Shown: positions 1-10,415, counted from the stretch's first letter. The stretch is DNA of 64,000 nt from an uncultured cyanobacterium (GCA_963718615.1 OY970368.1:5568001-5632000), one strand, 5' to 3'. Notes: a model not told the origin generated them from the sequence alone. A program made the numbers and translations.

Positions 1-2
1 GC

Positions 3-101
3 GGATTTTATACCTTTGGTGAAATTGCTCCCCTTCACGACCATGGCGCAGCGGTCAATCACAATACAACCTTCGTGACCCTGTTACTCGGAACCCACTA
101 A
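3..101 (+). CDS. 3' end of FIST (NosP-like) sensory protein, partial at window edge
   Basis: Frame from nt 3 reads GFYTFGEIAPLHDHGAAVNHNTTFVTLLLGTH*. This is the typical FIST_C terminus (GFYxxGEI...HNxT). The stop lies 4 nt before the kinase ATG. Confidence 0.75.
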   Translation, partial: GFYTFGEIAPLHDHGAAVNHNTTFVTLLLGTH

Positions 102-105
102 TTCC

Positions 106-1143
106 ATGCAGAACGCTGTAGAAACCGATGCTTTGAAGCAACTGCAGAAAGAGAATCGCATTCTGCAAAAGAAGCTGGAACGATCTGAAGCCGAGCGCAT
201 TCGCCTAGAGGAAATCAATCGCAAAAAGGAAGCCTTGCTCAAACAAGTCATTGTAGAATTGCAGGGGTCTCAAGCCATTTTAGAAAAGAAAAGTAGCGAT
301 TTAGAACAAACCCTCGCCGAGTTACACCAAACCCAAGACCAGTTAATCGAAGCCGAGAAGCTGGCGGCCCTGGGGCGGTTGGTGAGTGGTGTGGCCCATG
401 AGATCAATACCCCCGTTGGGACCGGCATTACCGTAGCATCGACGCTCGTTGATGAAACCAAACGCTTTCAGAAGGCGATCGCCGAGGGAGCCCTCAAGCG
501 ATCGCTCCTCAACCACTACACGGAAATTGCCACGGAAAGTACCCAACTCATCCTGAGCAATCTCAATCGAGCGGCGGATCTGATCCAGAGTTTTAAGCAA
601 ATTGCCGTTGACCAAACTCGGCTAGAACTACGTACTTTTGACGTACGGGCCTATCTCGAAGAATTGATGGTTAGCCTTTCGCCCCAATTGCGCCAAACTG
701 CCCACAGTTGGAGCATCACTGGAGACGACAGGTTAGTTATCCAGAGCTATCCCGGTCTGTTGGCACAAATAGTGACCAACCTCGTGACTAATTCCCTCGT
801 CCATGGTTACGAACCTGGCGAAGCGGGAAAGCTTAAACTTCACCTTGCCCTTGAGGGCGATCGCTTCCTCCTGGTCTACAGCGACAATGGCCGGGGCATT
901 CCCCTCGCAGATCAATCGAGAATCTTTGAGCCCTTTTTTACGACGGCTCGCGATCGCGGTGGCACCGGTTTGGGATTACCGATTCTCTACAACCTCGTGA
1001 AGCGGAATCTCAAGGGCGACATTACAGTCCATAGCCAACCTGGCGAGGGAGTCCAGTTTAAGATTGAGATTCCTCTGGGAGCCTTTGCCCTGCCGGTGAC
1101 AGCGGACAACTGGGCAACTTTTTCCCCAGAGGATTTGCGATAA
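106..1143 (+). CDS. soluble sensor histidine kinase (coiled coil + HisKA + HATPase)
   Basis: H-box VAHEINTP, N-box NLVTNS, G boxes DNGRGI and GGTGLGL. No transmembrane segment. Confidence 0.93.
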   Translation: MQNAVETDALKQLQKENRILQKKLERSEAERIRLEEINRKKEALLKQVIVELQGSQAILEKKSSDLEQTLAELHQTQDQLIEAEKLAALGRLVSGVAHEINTPVGTGITVASTLVDETKRFQKAIAEGALKRSLLNHYTEIATESTQLILSNLNRAADLIQSFKQIAVDQTRLELRTFDVRAYLEELMVSLSPQLRQTAHSWSITGDDRLVIQSYPGLLAQIVTNLVTNSLVHGYEPGEAGKLKLHLALEGDRFLLVYSDNGRGIPLADQSRIFEPFFTTARDRGGTGLGLPILYNLVKRNLKGDITVHSQPGEGVQFKIEIPLGAFALPVTADNWATFSPEDLR

Positions 1144-1163
1144 GGATCTCTGAGATATTTAAC

Positions 1164-2459
1164 ATGGTCTACTCCTCCCGTGCAAACCATCCCATGCCTG
1201 ATGATAAGCTTTTAATCATTGAGGAGGATGAGATTGAAATCGATGAAGATGTCGAAATTGACGAAGATGTCGAAACTTCCCTAGGGGCGATCGCACCCCT
1301 ATCGACCCTGGCGTCAGAAGATACCCATGCCAGTTTTGATACCTGGAAAGTCATCATTGTTGATGATGAACCCGCCGTTCACCAAGCGACCCAGCTAGCG
1401 CTCAAAAACTTTACGTTTGAGGGCAAACCGTTAGAACTGATCTCTGCCTATTCCGGGGAAGAAGGAAAGGAGCTGATTACCCATCTGCATTCTGAGATCG
1501 CCTTCATTTTGCTTGATGTGGTGATGGAAAGCGAAGATGCAGGGCTGAAGGTCATCCGCTATGTGCGCGAGGAGTTGCACAATCATCAAGTTCGCATTAT
1601 TTTACGCACAGGCCAGCCAGGAGAAGCCCCAGAAGAGTCGGTTATCCTGAATTACGATATCAATGACTATCAGCTTAAGGTCGAACTCACCCGCCAGCGG
1701 CTGCTGACCACTGTTCTCTCGGCGCTGCGGTCCTATCGCGATATTATTACCATTGAAAAACAGCGTTTGGCCCTTGCCAAGGTGCTGGAACGGTTACAGT
1801 TGATGCAAAATCAACTCAAAGAATATTCCTACAACTTGGAGATTAAAGTTTCGCAGCGCACCGCTGAGCTAGAACGAGCGAACCGAGAACTGCATCGCCT
1901 TGCTCACCTTGATGGTCTCACTCAAGTGGCCAATCGTCGCTGTTTTGATGAATATCTTCAAGCGCAATGGCAACAGCTATCCGAACGGCATCAGCCGCTT
2001 TCCTTGCTCATTGCAGATGTGGATTATTTCAAGCGCTACAACGATCACTACGGCCATCAAGCTGGCGATGATTGCCTGTTGCAGTTGGCTCAAACCCTCA
2101 AGGCGATCGCCGCCCGACCGGAAGATCTCGTGGCGCGGTATGGGGGTGAAGAATTTGTTGTGCTTTTGCCCTCTACCCCCCTAGAAGGGGCTTGCAAAGT
2201 TGCGGAGATTGCCCTAGCAGAGATCCGTCAACTCCAGCGGCCCCATGCTGCATCGGAAATCGCCGACCATGTGACCCTCAGCATTGGGGTGTCTTGGCTG
2301 ATGCCCCAGGCCGCAACCTCGCTCGAAAGTTTGATTGAAATGGCAGATCGGGCGCTCTATCAGGCGAAGCAAGCGGGTCGCGATCGCTACTGTATCTATA
2401 CGGCAATGGACTCTTTAAACGCGATCGGTGCTTTCTTGGAAGAAGATTTTCGGTTGTAG
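1164..2459 (+). CDS. response-regulator diguanylate cyclase (REC-coiled coil-GGDEF)
   Basis: IVDDE and LLDVVM receiver motifs; DVDYFKRYND; I-site RPED followed by RYGGEEF. Confidence 0.93.
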   Translation: MVYSSRANHPMPDDKLLIIEEDEIEIDEDVEIDEDVETSLGAIAPLSTLASEDTHASFDTWKVIIVDDEPAVHQATQLALKNFTFEGKPLELISAYSGEEGKELITHLHSEIAFILLDVVMESEDAGLKVIRYVREELHNHQVRIILRTGQPGEAPEESVILNYDINDYQLKVELTRQRLLTTVLSALRSYRDIITIEKQRLALAKVLERLQLMQNQLKEYSYNLEIKVSQRTAELERANRELHRLAHLDGLTQVANRRCFDEYLQAQWQQLSERHQPLSLLIADVDYFKRYNDHYGHQAGDDCLLQLAQTLKAIAARPEDLVARYGGEEFVVLLPSTPLEGACKVAEIALAEIRQLQRPHAASEIADHVTLSIGVSWLMPQAATSLESLIEMADRALYQAKQAGRDRYCIYTAMDSLNAIGAFLEEDFRL

Positions 2460-2479
2460 AGGCAAATTAAGCAAATAAA

Positions 2480-3472
2480 CTAGGAATAAGTCGACCCGTC
2501 AGGCATGGTAGTCCCCTGCAAAGACGCACCCGTGAGATTTGCCGTACTCAGTTCAGCCCGAATCAGCGTTGCTTGGTCTAGCCGAGCTTGGCTGAAATTG
2601 GTGCGTGCGCAATAGGCCTCTGATAAAATTGCCCGATAGAGATTTGCCCCGGTGAAGTTGGTTCGGCTCAGATCCGCCCGCGCGAGCTTGGCACTTTCCA
2701 ACTGGGCTTGGGTCAGCAACGTCCGCACCAGTTTGGCTTCGGTCAAAATCGCCAAATTAAAATTCGCTTCGCTGGCTTTTGCTTCGGTCATGTTCGTGCG
2801 CTCCAATTTCGCATTGCGCAGATTCGCGCCTCCCATCTCGGCTTGGCTGAGGTTGGCATCGGTCAACATCGCGCCTTCCAAATTGGCCCCGCGCAAATTG
2901 GCCCCGCGCAAATCCACGCCCCGCAACGTCGCATCGCTCAAGTTAGCCTGACTCAAATTGACCCGTGATAAATCGGCCCCCGACAAATTAGCGCCGCGCA
3001 GATCCGTTTGGTAAAGATTAGCCCCTCGCAAATTGGCACTTTGATTGCGCTTTTCCTCGCGCAAATTGGCCCCTCGCAAACAGGCCCCGCTGAGATTAGC
3101 CCCGCTGAGATTGGCATTGCGTAAATCCGAATCAATTAAATTGGTATCGAGCAAATTGGCCAGCGTAATATTAGCCCCCCGCAAATCAGCCCCCTGAAGA
3201 CTTGCCCCATGCAAATCCGCATTGCTCAAAATGGCGCGAATCAGCCGAGCCTGATTGAGATTGGCTCCACTGAGTCGCGTGTTGGTGAGATTGGCAGCGG
3301 TAAAGTCAACACGACTGAGATAGGCCATCATCAAATTGGCATTGCTGATCTCAGCCTTCGAAAAATTGACACCGATCAAATCCGCTTCATGGAGATCGAT
3401 ACCGCGTAGGGTTTCACCCTCGAAATTGGTTTTACCAGCTTCATACTGGCGCAACAGTTGTTGAGCATTCAT
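2480..3472 (-). CDS. pentapeptide repeat protein
   Basis: Continuous A(D/N)Lxx pentapeptide repeats; ends with MPDG. Confidence 0.95.
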   Translation of the reverse strand: MNAQQLLRQYEAGKTNFEGETLRGIDLHEADLIGVNFSKAEISNANLMMAYLSRVDFTAANLTNTRLSGANLNQARLIRAILSNADLHGASLQGADLRGANITLANLLDTNLIDSDLRNANLSGANLSGACLRGANLREEKRNQSANLRGANLYQTDLRGANLSGADLSRVNLSQANLSDATLRGVDLRGANLRGANLEGAMLTDANLSQAEMGGANLRNAKLERTNMTEAKASEANFNLAILTEAKLVRTLLTQAQLESAKLARADLSRTNFTGANLYRAILSEAYCARTNFSQARLDQATLIRAELSTANLTGASLQGTTMPDGSTYS

Positions 3473-3520
3473 AGGAATTGGGGTAGATGCTTAGGATCAG
3501 CGACGGCGATGGCAAGGAGA

Positions 3521-4747
3521 CTAAGACAATGTTCCTACGTTATAGTAGGGCCTGAGGGCACGGGCGATCGCCCCGGCGGCCTGTTCGTAGTCTTCAACTT
3601 GGTCGAGCGATCGCGCCGTATCTTGTAACCCAACCTCAACGCTATCGTAGGTTGAGTAATGGTCAAACAGTTGCCTGAGCAAGTCTCCAAGGGTTTGGTT
3701 GCGAATTTTCGACCAATCGGCGGAGTTGGATTCAAAGGGATGATACAGACTGGAAAACAGCAGTAGTTTGGCGCGTAAAGGATTGGTGTACTGCATAATT
3801 TCGACGCGCAGATCCGAGAGGTCAGTGCGATCTTTGGGAGGCGTTAGAACCGAGCTATCAGGGCCTGGTTCTTGAGGAATTGCTTCTTGAGGAATTGCTT
3901 CTTGAGGGATTGGTTCTTCAAAACCCAAAGCTGCGGGGGGCAGACCCACTGCCGTTTCCATCAGTTCCTCGTCATCGAGATCGGCGGCATTAAAATCAGC
4001 GGCTAAGGACAACAGCGATTCGGGACTCAGGTTGGGTTCAGGGCTAGCTGCGAGTTCAGGGGATTGGGCCGCAGGAGGGCGATAAAGCGGGGTTAAACCC
4101 TCCAGAATACTCTGGGCCACCTGGGTATATTCCACGCGTCGATTGAGACTGGAGACCACGCGGTTCAGCAGACTGGCTAAGGTTTCTAGATCCGGGGCAA
4201 GCTGATGGAGCTGCTGCACCAAACTCGGCAGCTTGAAATAGGCCAAAACCTGGGGATCGTTTTCCCAACCGCCGCTACACACGCTGTAGAGCAATTTTTT
4301 GATCCGGTTGGCATTGGGGGATTGGGCCAGGGTGTTGGCGATCGCCTCATAGGGCGACTGCATCAAAGGCCCTGTATCTTCCGCTTCTCCACTCAAAATG
4401 CCGGTGACATCCAACCGCGCCAGCGCTGAAGCCGGATCTTGATAAAGCGGCCCAATGACCTTGAGAATGCCCTGCCCTAGGGCGACGTACTCGGTAGGAC
4501 GATTGAGACGAATCGCCAAATTATGCAGAGCAGTCCCCAGATCGCCTTGGGTGGGATGGGTCAACACTAATTCATGAATAATATCGCGCAATCGGTACTG
4601 CTCCAGAACCTTGGCATCACTCTCCCAAGCATTCTGGCAAACCGCAAAGGTCAACTTGCGGATGCGCAAATACTCGGGATGATTTTCGAGTTGTTGGGAT
4701 ACTTCATCGAGCAGCCAAGACGGTACCATCGATCTCCTCAGGAACAA
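3521..4747 (-). CDS. hypothetical protein with three copies of a ~85-aa helical domain
   Basis: Internal repeats RIRKLTFAVCQNAWESD / RIKKLLYSVCSGGWEND / diverged RAKLLLFSSLY, each ending (G/T/R)PLY or RPYY. Confidence 0.8.
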   Translation of the reverse strand: MFLRRSMVPSWLLDEVSQQLENHPEYLRIRKLTFAVCQNAWESDAKVLEQYRLRDIIHELVLTHPTQGDLGTALHNLAIRLNRPTEYVALGQGILKVIGPLYQDPASALARLDVTGILSGEAEDTGPLMQSPYEAIANTLAQSPNANRIKKLLYSVCSGGWENDPQVLAYFKLPSLVQQLHQLAPDLETLASLLNRVVSSLNRRVEYTQVAQSILEGLTPLYRPPAAQSPELAASPEPNLSPESLLSLAADFNAADLDDEELMETAVGLPPAALGFEEPIPQEAIPQEAIPQEPGPDSSVLTPPKDRTDLSDLRVEIMQYTNPLRAKLLLFSSLYHPFESNSADWSKIRNQTLGDLLRQLFDHYSTYDSVEVGLQDTARSLDQVEDYEQAAGAIARALRPYYNVGTLS

Positions 4748-4870
4748 CCTATCGGGTCAGGAACACCCTACCAGGAACCTGACCCTCATCATACTCAGAT
4801 CTGAGCGGGGTTTCGATGAAACTTACTAGAAATTTCCCTTGACTAAAAATAAATCTCTGGAGAACTGCCC

Positions 4871-5908
4871 TTAGGGAACAGGGCTGGCGCTGAGGTCGGG
4901 ATGGAGAATTCCGTTGAGGATGGTCTCGGGTCGTTTTTCGTGTTTCCAGGCGAAGGCATGCTTAAAGGCAGCTTCCTGGCAGGCGCGCAGTTGCTCGAAG
5001 TCGATGATGTTGTGGGTGAGCAGGTTTTCGTATTCGAAGGGCAGTCGCACGTTGTGCAACCCGGCGTTGTCGGTGCAGATGGCGATATCAACACCCGCTT
5101 CAAAGCAGCGATCGAAAACGATTTTGAGCGGGTCAATGCTGGGAAGGGTGCCGGTCTTGGTATAGGTGGTGGGACAAACCTCTAGACATTGGCCTCGGGC
5201 GGCTAGGTCCTTGAGTAATTCGGGGTGTTTGAGGGGGATCTGGATGCCGTGGCCGATACGCTGGAGATAGGGCAAGAGGGCAGGATGGCAACCGGCTTCG
5301 GTTTCGTAGAGGTGGCCGGTGGTGTTGATCCCGAGGGATTGAGCGTATTGGTAGAGCTGGGTGAATTCTTCGAGGCGATCGCCATACAACCCATCTCCCC
5401 CCGCCACATCGATCCCACAGACATACTGAGGATAGGCCGCCGCCAAATCCACCATGGCCCGGTTGACTTCGTAGGGCAGCCGCGAGTGCATACAGAGAAT
5501 CTGGCTGTTGACGATCGGGTAGAGCGTCGATTGGCTGGCTTGACCGACCACTTCAATGATCTGGGCGGTGGCGTCGATGCGCTCGGTTTGGCTGAGGTGT
5601 TCGGGGGTGCGCAGGTAAGGGGTATAGCGCAGCTCCAGGTAGGCGAGGTTTTCAAAGACATAGGCCCCGCGCAGCAGCCGGTAGATGAAGTAAGGCAGGG
5701 TTTCGATCGTCTGCACTTTTTCAACGAGGGTGTGCAGTTCTAGGTATTCGGCAAGGGTGTTGCGGGGCCGGGTGTAGAAGTCTTCAAAGTCGCTGTAATC
5801 GGCAAACTGAGCGGATGGCTCGGATTCGTTGCGTTGAAAATAGCCCCAGAGAATTCGGGGTACAACAGAACCGCCTAGGTGGCGGTGCAGCTCGGCGTAG
5901 AGGGCCAT
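4871..5908 (-). CDS. adenosine deaminase family protein
   Basis: AELHRHLGG metal-binding motif, YLELRYTP, RIGHG, LEVCPT, CTDN. Start placed at the ATG at 5908. Confidence 0.9.
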   Translation of the reverse strand: MALYAELHRHLGGSVVPRILWGYFQRNESEPSAQFADYSDFEDFYTRPRNTLAEYLELHTLVEKVQTIETLPYFIYRLLRGAYVFENLAYLELRYTPYLRTPEHLSQTERIDATAQIIEVVGQASQSTLYPIVNSQILCMHSRLPYEVNRAMVDLAAAYPQYVCGIDVAGGDGLYGDRLEEFTQLYQYAQSLGINTTGHLYETEAGCHPALLPYLQRIGHGIQIPLKHPELLKDLAARGQCLEVCPTTYTKTGTLPSIDPLKIVFDRCFEAGVDIAICTDNAGLHNVRLPFEYENLLTHNIIDFEQLRACQEAAFKHAFAWKHEKRPETILNGILHPDLSASPVP

Positions 5909-6082
5909 GGGGATAGAAGCTCCTGACTGATGAGAGGATGGCAAAGCACCTGCGCTCTGAGGATTTAGCTTTGCCGAAAAACTGGACGAATTAAACTTTA
6001 GGCCGCAACAATACTTTGGCGAGGGCACCTAGGATGCTCGCGATGCAAGCATTTGCGGGATTTAGGGTGAATTAGAGACATC

Positions 6083-9000
6083 CTAGCGCAGGCTGTTAAT
6101 TTTGGCCGCGTTTTTTTGAAATTTTCCAGGGGCACAGGCTAGCTGCGGCAATGCGACTGGTTCCGAGGATTGGGCGATGAGTTGGATGCCTTGGGGTGTG
6201 GTTTTCCAGGTGGTGGCTTCGAGGAGTGCGGGAGCGGGGGGCGACGGGTGCGATCGGGTGGAGGGGAATGTCTGGGGTGATGGGGTGACGGGGAGGGTGA
6301 CCCAGGTGGGGATCAGAGGTTGGGGGAAGGGTTCTTCTGGGCTGAGGGGAATACCGTTACGTCCGGTGATGATGAAGGAGCTGCGGCTGGCTTCACTGTT
6401 GGGAGAGCAACTATCGTCGATTCGATCGCTGGGGTCGGTGAGGGCTTCGGAGATCTGAAGGGTGCCTTGGCTGGGGTCAGTGTTGAGGCCGTTGAGATTG
6501 AGGATGCCGCTGGAGCCGAAGGCGGAGCTGGCGCTGATGTCGTTGGTTGTGTTGTTGCGGAGGGTGTTGACGTTGGGTTCGTCTTGCAACTGGAAGTTGA
6601 GGATGGCGTTGGCGTTGATGGTGATGTTGCCGCCGCTGCCGCTGAAGGCGTTAGCGATGATGTCGCTGTTTTCGTTGGGGAGACTGATCAGGAAGGGAGT
6701 GTTGATGGTGATGTTGCCGCCGTTTCCTGGGTTTTGACTATTTCCGGCGGTGGATGTAACTAAGCTAGCATTTCTCAACAAAAAAGATTGAGAATCTTTT
6801 TTGTCTATATCAATAACTATGTCACCTCCATTACCAAATGAGGAAACAGTCGACATCCCCCCTTTATCTAACGTTAGTTGAGCAGTGCTAATACCTATAG
6901 ACCCAGTTTCTCCCACTCCATCTGAAGCAGTAGTAATAAAGGGGAAGAGTTTATCCTGACTACTTTCTAAAATAGTTTCTCCATTTGCCTCAATTTTGAT
7001 ATTACCTGCATTACCTTTGCCAGAAGTTCGAGTTGAAATAAATGCCCCATCTCTGACCACAAAATTGTTTGTAAATATCTCTATTTTTCCTCCATTTCCT
7101 ATAGCTTCTGGTTCCACGGAAGTAGATATAAAGCTCTGTTTGCGTGATCTGTTATTTATACCATCTAAATAAACACTATTCCTAGCGCTTATCTTTAACT
7201 CACTTGCATCTCCTGTACCTTGCGTACTTGCGTTGATTCCTGCACCTCTAGTAATAACAATACTATCAGCTAAGATTTGAATGCTTTTGCCATTGCCAAT
7301 TGCTCCTGACGCAACAACGCTAGAAATACCGCTACCTACTGAGTTATTACGACCATCAAATTCAACTTTTCCTGCCACTGTAAGGTTTATCTCTCCGGTA
7401 TTCCCCACACCAGATGTTCCGACGCCTATTCCAGCTCCATTTGTTATTTTGATTTCTCCAGCATTAACATCAACTAATCCACCATCACCGACTGCACCTA
7501 CACCGACAATACTGCCGACACCACTAGCACCTTGCTCATCAGGTGTTGAACCATCAAAAGATGCTAGCCCTCTAACCGTGATGTTTATATCACCAGCATT
7601 CCCTTTCCCAAAAGTGCTAGCGTTTATGACTCCCCCATTTGTCGCCTTCAATAACTCTGTATCAATGCTAATTTTTCCACCATTTCCTACTGCCCCTGAT
7701 GCTACAATACTGCCAATTGTGCTAGGAAATTTGCCGCTTTCATCGGTACCATCAAGAAAAATACCATCTCTAGCTTGAATGAGAAGTATTCCAGCATCCC
7801 CTTCTCCAAAGGTACTTGTGTTGACGGTTGCGCCATTAACAATATTGAGCTCTCTCACGAAAAGCTCAATATTGCCAGCCTTTCCAACTCCATTATTGCT
7901 AACGCTGCTTCCAATAGTGCTACCGATATTATCAACTGAGCCAGTACTATCAAGAGAAACTACACCTGAGGCCTCAATTCTAAGATTGCCAGCGTTTCCC
8001 AGTCCTGAGGTTAAGCTACCTACGGTAGAGACTCCACTCAGACTCAAATCCTCTGTTTTCATCAACAAATTGCCAGCTGAACCAGTAGCACCATTGCTGA
8101 TTTCATTAATGATTAGGCTATCCCGTAGTCTAGTTTCTCTTTTGGTGCGGATTTGTATATCCCCAGATTTTGATTCAGGAGAACCCAAATCGAAGAAAAT
8201 TCCTGCTCCAAGAATACTTGAGTCTAGCAACTCTAAATTCTGGCTATTGACTTGTATATCACCACCTCCGCTCCAGCTAACAATTCCACGAGATTTTTCT
8301 CTGAATGAAATATCAGCCAGCTCTAAATTTTCTGGAAAGAGCAAGCTAAATTTTTCTGAGATTTCTACTTCTCCCATTCCTGCCACAGCACCTAAATCTA
8401 GCCTGCCTTCAAGTGCATACAATCCGCTTCCCACAACTTCAATGTCTCCTCCGAGCATCACGAGGCTTTTACCAATATCAACACCAATTCCAGTAAAAAA
8501 ATTTGGTAATGCAGGACTGAAAGGCCGTTTTGCTCTTACCTCGATTCTGCTTGGGGCTGCGTTTGTAAAAATGAATGAAGAGGGAAAAATTGTTAATAGT
8601 TCTGACACACTTCCCTTCTCTACACTAAATGTTCCCAGGGATTTGAATCTAACTCCTGTCGATGTCGATGCGATAAACGAGCCTCTTAAGTCAAGAGATG
8701 AATTCTCACCAAAGAGAATTCCGTTGGGGTTAAGAAAGAATAAATTTGCAGATGATGGCTGAAAAATACCATTAGAGAATCTCTTGAGTCCCTAGAGTTC
8801 CCAAAATATTCGATTTTTTGTTGCCTGTAATCCTAGCTAATACATTTTCAATTCCTGAATTAAAAATAAAAAATACGGAACGAAAACTACTAATGTCAAA
8901 ATTTTCAAAGCTATGAAATAAGTTTTTTCCTCGCTGTGCTCCACCTGAAACTAGGTCTACCTGCGGTATAAAATCTCGAGTTAATTGAGATGATTCTAAG

Positions 9001-9098
9001 CCTAAGCTTGTGTCTGGAATAATTTCCTGCAATCGCCCCACCTCCGCAGCCAAAGCCAAGCCACCAAGCCCCAACACCAAAACCGCTCGCAGTCCCAT
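6083..9098 (-). pseudogene. filamentous haemagglutinin / TpsA-like secreted beta-helix protein, split by a +1 frameshift at ~8771-8775
   Basis: ORF 8772-9098 has a signal peptide and NLFHSFENF...ENVLARITG, then stops at EIL*. The shifted frame continues NGIFQPSSANLFFLNPNGILFGENSSLDLRGSF, in frame with ORF 6083-8608. GNAGNI repeats and C-terminal SDIIANAFSGSGG...FIITGRNG follow. Confidence 0.85.
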
Positions 9099-9180
9099 TC
9101 GTTACACCCTAGTTGACAAACACAATCATCCTACCGAGCCCCACCGCCCCCAGCCGCCACCCTCACTACAAATCTTCAAT
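9040..9180 (-). repeat. repeat copy A: tpsA promoter/leader plus first codons
   Basis: + strand core caatcatcctaccgagccccaccgcccccagccgccaccctcactacaaatcttcaa at 9123-9179. The ATG at 9098 begins MGLRAVLVLGLGG. Confidence 0.85.
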
Positions 9181-9399
9181 ATCCGGCGGATGCCATCCAC
9201 TCAACACCCACCGTTCTCGCGCCTTCACAATCACCCAATCATTCATCCGCAGCGCCATCACCGTCGCCCGCCCAGTAGCCGTCAAGCCTTCCACTCGGCT
9301 TCCACCCGCCACCCAAGCAAAATGCTCAGTCCAACGCTGCTGCCTCGGATGAAACAATCGCACCCTTTCACCAGCGGCTGAACGACCTGTCCACGCCAC
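9166..9399 (-). pseudogene. C-terminal remnant of an HNH endonuclease-type toxin
   Basis: LFHPRQQRWTEHFAW...GLTATGRATVMALRMN...RWVLSGWHPP is the conserved tail of cyanobacterial HNH proteins. The N-terminal CEYC/HNH core is absent. Confidence 0.75.
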
Positions 9400-9776
9400 C
9401 GCAACAATGCAGCAGCATGGGCTTTACGCAACATGAATAAATCCGCCTCATGCCGCAACTTCTCAAGCTCCTGTTGCTCATGCAAGGGCAGCTCTCGTTC
9501 TTTTTTGAACTCTAACAGCTCGTCGTAGCGGTGTAGCTCATCCTCGGTACAACGAGCTTGAGCGACTTGCCACAGAGCTTCATCCTCCAAGCGATCCAGC
9601 GCCGCTAGCTCCGATTGAAATTGTGCTGGCACATCCTCCCAAGCTGGTGGACTCCCCACCGTTAATGCCCGCACAACAACCTCTTGCAACGGACGTCGCA
9701 TTGCAGCAGCAGTATTCACTAGCCGCAAATACAAAGCTTCAGGAAGTTCCAGCGTGACCGTTGCCGTTGACATCAA
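9282..9776 (-). CDS. putative antitoxin (partner of the HNH toxin), 3' end fused by deletion
   Basis: VTLELPEALY N-terminus and LRKAHAAALLRWRG C-terminal motif. Reads through into the HNH remnant out of frame. Confidence 0.65.
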   Translation of the reverse strand: MMSTATVTLELPEALYLRLVNTAAAMRRPLQEVVVRALTVGSPPAWEDVPAQFQSELAALDRLEDEALWQVAQARCTEDELHRYDELLEFKKERELPLHEQQELEKLRHEADLFMLRKAHAAALLRWRGQVVQPLVKGCDCFIRGSSVGLSILLGWRVEAEWKA

Positions 9777-9844
9777 GAGACTGCCTTCATCGTTGCTTAG
9801 AGTCTAGTCATATTCTAGTGCCACTTCATCAAAAATAAAGCAGC

Positions 9845-9990
9845 CTTGCAAACCCCGGCCCCGCCACCAAAGCCACCCAACCCAACCCCAAAAATACCCC
9901 GCATTCCCATAATCCGCACCAGACTCAGCCAACCCAATCATCCTACCGAGCCCCCACCCACCCAGCCGCCATTCCCACTACAAATCTTTA
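9845..9990 (-). repeat. repeat copy B: tpsA promoter/leader duplicate
   Basis: Core caatcatcctaccgagcccccacccacccagccgccattcccactacaaatcttta at 9935-9990. The ATG at 9910 begins MGMRGIFGVGLGG. Confidence 0.85.
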
Positions 9991-10010
9991 GACCTCCGGG
10001 ACAGCCCTGG

Positions 10011-10415
10011 CTACCAGATCGTCTCGATTACCGTTAGAGTCTGAATCTTGTGATCGCAAGTGACTAACGGTAAGCCTAATGCTAGCGCTGTTACTGCAAT
10101 CATGCGATCGCCCATTTCCGGCACAGTAACTTTTGGAACTTGCCGAAGCTGCTGTGCAATTTCCAAGCTAAACGACACCACTTTCAGACCCGAGTCAGAA
10201 TCCTGTAATACTTGATAGAGCATCTCTAGCGCAGCTTCAGGCAACCGCCCTTTTTCAACCAGATACGTGATTTCAACAATCGAAATTGAAGAGATGTAGA
10301 CAACATGACCAGAGGCTATTGCTTCCTCAATTCTGCTACTTGCGAGATCTGAAATTCTAGGAGAATCTAGCAACCACTAGACCACCGCGTGAGTATCCAG
10401 CACCAGCGAAGTCAT
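10011..10415 (-). pseudogene. vapC: VapC/PIN toxin with premature stop
   Basis: ATG at 10415 gives MTSLVLDTHAVV*WLLDSP (TAG at 10377-10379), then SIVEI, DRMIAVTA, LVTCD. Starts in an ATGA overlap with the antitoxin stop. Confidence 0.85.

Noticed and set aside
7281-8762. Long + strand ORFs (165 aa, 327 aa) opposite tpsA, and similar ones opposite 16045-19347
   Set aside because: Antisense shadows of Gly/Asn/Ser-rich repeat coding; Pro/Ser-rich with no motifs.
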